A DNA stretch of 48,832 bases from an uncultured bacterium (lineage in GTDB: Bacteria; Electryoneota; Electryoneia; Electryoneales; Electryoneaceae): the NCBI GenBank assembly GCA_964648415.1, contig CAZYOC010000003.1, positions 1 through 48,832 on the forward strand. The letters are read 5' to 3'. The translations under genes and the position numbers were made by a program. The notes below the pieces were generated by a model. That model saw only the letters and a list, made by a program, of their open reading frames with translations. It did no database searches and was not told where the DNA came from. Positions 45,887-48,832 of the stretch are shown piece by piece (position 1 is the stretch's first letter; each line of letters starts with the position of its first letter).

Positions 45887-47190
45887 GATTCAGTATCCCC
45901 GTCGGTAATCACCACTCGGATAGAACCGGGAATGGGGTCCACTTTCTGAATTTCACGGATGGAGGTGATATTCTTCTCTTCCAGTTTTTGTCCCTTGGGA
46001 AGCAGGAAGATGCCGTTTTCGGTGAACAGATCGTTGACCAGCACCATCCCCGGCATCAGTTCCGAGGCCAGGACATCCACCTGCCGGCGCATGGAGTGCT
46101 TGGTCTTGGACTGGGCCTGGACAAAACTGAGCAGCGCCTTGGACATGTCGGCGTCAAAACGTGTGCCCGCGTTGGTCTTGAAGAACTTGATGATGAAGGC
46201 TTCGCTCTTGCCACCTATCGCGGACAGCTCATCATACTGATTGCAGACCGCCAGGAGACGGGATTCGAGGGGGATATCCTCGCCCGCCAGGTTGTCCGGG
46301 TGGCCTCGGCCGTCCCACCGTTCATTGATATGGCGGACGATCTTGCCGGCACGGTCAAACCACTCGATTTCCTTCAAGTAACTCTGGGCGACCTGCGGCA
46401 GGCTCATCACCAACTGCCGGTCCTTCTCCTGCAACGTCTCCATAGGACTATCAAGCAGTTTCTTCGGCAGCCCGAGTTTGCCGATGTCATGCAACAACGC
46501 GGCGATTTCCAGGTCGGATATCTCCTGCTCACTGAACTCCAGCATCGCCGCGATGGATGTGGCGAGATAAGCGATACGGCGAGAATGTGCGGTCAAGGTC
46601 GGATCCATGCTTTCCATCAACTTGAGGAAAACCTTCACCGTATTGACAATCGACTTCTCCAGCACCTTGGTGACTTTGGCGAGTTCCAGATTTCGGCTGG
46701 CGATCAGGGCGGTCCGCTCCTTCACCTTCTGGTTGAGAGTCTGATTCCACTCTTCCAGCTCAGCATTCTTTTCCTTGAGTTCTCCCAGCAGCCGCTTGTT
46801 TTGCTGTTCGAGGTCATAGAACTCCAGCGCCCGCTGTACCGTAATCCGGATATCATCGTCGTTCCAGGGCTTGAAGATGAAGCGATAGACCTTGGCGCGG
46901 TTGATGGCGTCCACCGCAGCTTCCAGATCAGCGTACCCGGTCAGGATGATGCGCACCGGTGCGGGATCCAGCTCGACCGACTTCGCCAGGAACTCCGTCC
47001 CCTCCATGATCGGCATGCGCTGATCGCTGATGATCAGATGCACCTTGTTCGACTCAATGAATTCAAGCGCTTTACGAGGATCGGTAAACGTCTCGATCTC
47101 GTAATCCTCGTCAAAAAAACTGCGCTTCAACGCACTCAGGATGTTCGGTTCGTCGTCCACGAACACCAGCGTCCGATCCTGCTCATCCAT
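45883..47190 (-). CDS. Response regulator with degenerate HD-GYP-type output domain
   Basis: REC motifs VDDE, SDQRMP and KPW, then HSRR, LLHDIGK and ERWDGRGHP. ATG 47190 after AAGGAG. Confidence 0.88.
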   Translation of the reverse strand: MDEQDRTLVFVDDEPNILSALKRSFFDEDYEIETFTDPRKALEFIESNKVHLIISDQRMPIMEGTEFLAKSVELDPAPVRIILTGYADLEAAVDAINRAKVYRFIFKPWNDDDIRITVQRALEFYDLEQQNKRLLGELKEKNAELEEWNQTLNQKVKERTALIASRNLELAKVTKVLEKSIVNTVKVFLKLMESMDPTLTAHSRRIAYLATSIAAMLEFSEQEISDLEIAALLHDIGKLGLPKKLLDSPMETLQEKDRQLVMSLPQVAQSYLKEIEWFDRAGKIVRHINERWDGRGHPDNLAGEDIPLESRLLAVCNQYDELSAIGGKSEAFIIKFFKTNAGTRFDADMSKALLSFVQAQSKTKHSMRRQVDVLASELMPGMVLVNDLFTENGIFLLPKGQKLEEKNITSIREIQKVDPIPGSIRVVITDGDTES

Positions 47191-47220
47191 CGCTTTGCGT
47201 CTCCTTGTTCCCACCTCGCC

Positions 47221-47381
47221 CGGACTTAATCAGAATGCCAAAGGGATCTCATTCCCGCGAAAGCGGGAATGAAAGTCGGTTTGATTCTGCGACACTCTGC
47301 TTCGCGGGAATGAAAGTCGGTTTGATTCTGTGACAGTCTGCTTCGCAGGAATGAAAGTCGGTTTTATTCTGCGACATCCTG
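47221..47381. mobile_element. Short form of the same MITE family with three 41-bp tandem end units
   Basis: Hairpin CATTCCCGCGAAAGCGGGAATG, then GCRGGAATGAAAGTCGGTTTKATTCTGYGACA..CTG three times, joined by CTTC. Flanked by a TCGCC(CGG) direct repeat. Confidence 0.8.
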
Positions 47382-48674
47382 TCGCCCGGCAATGGGAAGG
47401 GTTATGGTGAACAGGGTTCCCTTGCCGGAGATGCTGTCCACCTCAATTGACCCCTGGTGATTCTGAATGATGCGATAGCTGATGGACAAGCCCAGCCCTG
47501 TGCCTTCACCGACCGGCTTTGTCGTGAAGAAGGGATCGAAGATTTTCTCCACGACCTCCGGCGGCATACCCATGCCGTTGTCTTCCACCTCGATTTTGAC
47601 GCTGCCGCCATCCTTCCGCGACCGGATCCATACTTTGCCCGGCGGTTCTTCAATCGCCTGGGTGGCGTTGACAATCAGGTTCATCACCACCTGGTTGATC
47701 TGCTGCATGTTGCATTGAACCTTGGGAAGATCCTCATCCAGCTCGAGGATCACTTCAGCAACCTTTTTCGCCTTCCCTTTAACGATATTGAGTGTGCTGC
47801 GAATACCTTTGTTGATATCCGCTGCTCGCTCTCCTTCGGAATCATTGCGGCTGAACTGCCCCAGATCTTTGACAATCTGCTGGACACGCGATGTGCCCTC
47901 CAGGGACTCGTTCAATACCAGCTCGAAATCACCCAGGATACGGTCCACCTTCTCCTTTTTCAGCTTGTCCCGGATATCATCCGCAAGTGCGCCATCCGCA
48001 TCATTATCGCCAACCTGCTCCGAGATATAGCTCAGCGCATTGACCACTTTGCCGGCGTATTTCTGCATCGTCTGCAAGTTGGCGCGGACATAGCCGATGG
48101 GATTGTTGATCTCATGGGCCACCCCCGCCGCCATCTGCCCCAAAGAACTGAGCTTTTCCGATTGGAGAAGTTGCACCTGGGTCTCGTGCAGTTCCTTCAG
48201 CGCACTTTCCAGGTCCTTGTTTCGTTTGTCAAGCTGTTCTACCAACTTACGAAGCTGCTCGGCGCTGCGTTTCTGTTCGTCATAAAGATGCCGGCGTTCC
48301 AGCGCACGTTCCACCGTCAGACTGATCTCTTCCATGCTGACGGGTTTCTGGAGGTAATCGTACGCACCTTTTTTGATGGCCTCGAGCGCCGTGTCGATAC
48401 TGCCATGCCCGGTCAGGAAGATCACTTCTACGAGCGGGTCTTTCTGTTTCACTGTTTCCAGCAGTTCGAGGCCGTTCATTTTCGGCATCATCAGGTCGGT
48501 GACGATGACCTCGATGTGCGGGTTCTCATTGAAAAGCTCGAGGCCGCGTTCGCCGTCCTCGGCTGTGAAGACTTCCATCCCGAAGTGGACGAGGGCTTCC
48601 TCGACCACCTCACGGAGCCATTCCTCGTCGTCGATCACCAGCACCCGGGTCTTGCCGTCGTATGGCTCGATCAC
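47364..48674 (-). CDS. Hybrid histidine kinase (REC-HisKA-HATPase)
   Basis: [41 protein letters not shown] and GTGLGL. GTG 48674 after AGGAG. Confidence 0.93.
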   Translation of the reverse strand: MIEPYDGKTRVLVIDDEEWLREVVEEALVHFGMEVFTAEDGERGLELFNENPHIEVIVTDLMMPKMNGLELLETVKQKDPLVEVIFLTGHGSIDTALEAIKKGAYDYLQKPVSMEEISLTVERALERRHLYDEQKRSAEQLRKLVEQLDKRNKDLESALKELHETQVQLLQSEKLSSLGQMAAGVAHEINNPIGYVRANLQTMQKYAGKVVNALSYISEQVGDNDADGALADDIRDKLKKEKVDRILGDFELVLNESLEGTSRVQQIVKDLGQFSRNDSEGERAADINKGIRSTLNIVKGKAKKVAEVILELDEDLPKVQCNMQQINQVVMNLIVNATQAIEEPPGKVWIRSRKDGGSVKIEVEDNGMGMPPEVVEKIFDPFFTTKPVGEGTGLGLSISYRIIQNHQGSIEVDSISGKGTLFTITLPIAGRQDVAE

Positions 48675-48832
48675 AGCGCGGCTCCTAGTGTTCCGTTGCG
48701 CCAGGTATGAACGTTTCTGCTTGTTTCTTGATGAGTCAAGTTCAAGGCGATTTCGCGCCGGCATAGTGGTGCTACGGTAAGCGAAATCAACGTAGAAATT
48801 GACCATCAGAAACAAGCCCTTCGGGAGCGCGT

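Overview
A GC-rich bacterial chromosomal window dominated by a large flagellar region on the minus strand (about 7.4-48.7 kb). In transcription order it reads: hybrid kinase, REC/HD-GYP-like regulator, fliR, flhB, flhA, flhF, flhG, orf, fliA, orf, HDOD, GAF/PAS/HisKA, SwrB/DUF6115-like, flgF, flgG, flgA, flgH, flgI, flgJ (SLT-type), flgN, flgK, flgL, a ~14 kb glycosylation island (three GT9 domains, three CgeB-like GTs, a GT2-TPR giant, orphans), fliC, fliD, fliS and a flgM-like gene. Sigma54 and sigma28 promoters are visible. The left end carries a nucleotidyltransferase-fold ORF, a cysteine desulfurase, a PEGA protein, two FlgT_N-like secreted proteins and a GT4. Gln at +1 of most predicted signal peptides suggests an FCB-superphylum host (inference). 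The most striking non-coding signal is a ~200 bp non-autonomous element with CAGACTGT termini and two inverted REP-like hairpins, found at three loci (1-272, 36237-36859, 47221-47381). Copies sit inside the CTTC loop of another copy's hairpin with a 4-bp duplication, giving Russian-doll nests and 41-bp tandem end arrays, and one insertion appears to have rewritten a kinase C-terminus. All calls are by eye from motifs and gene order; no database searches were run.
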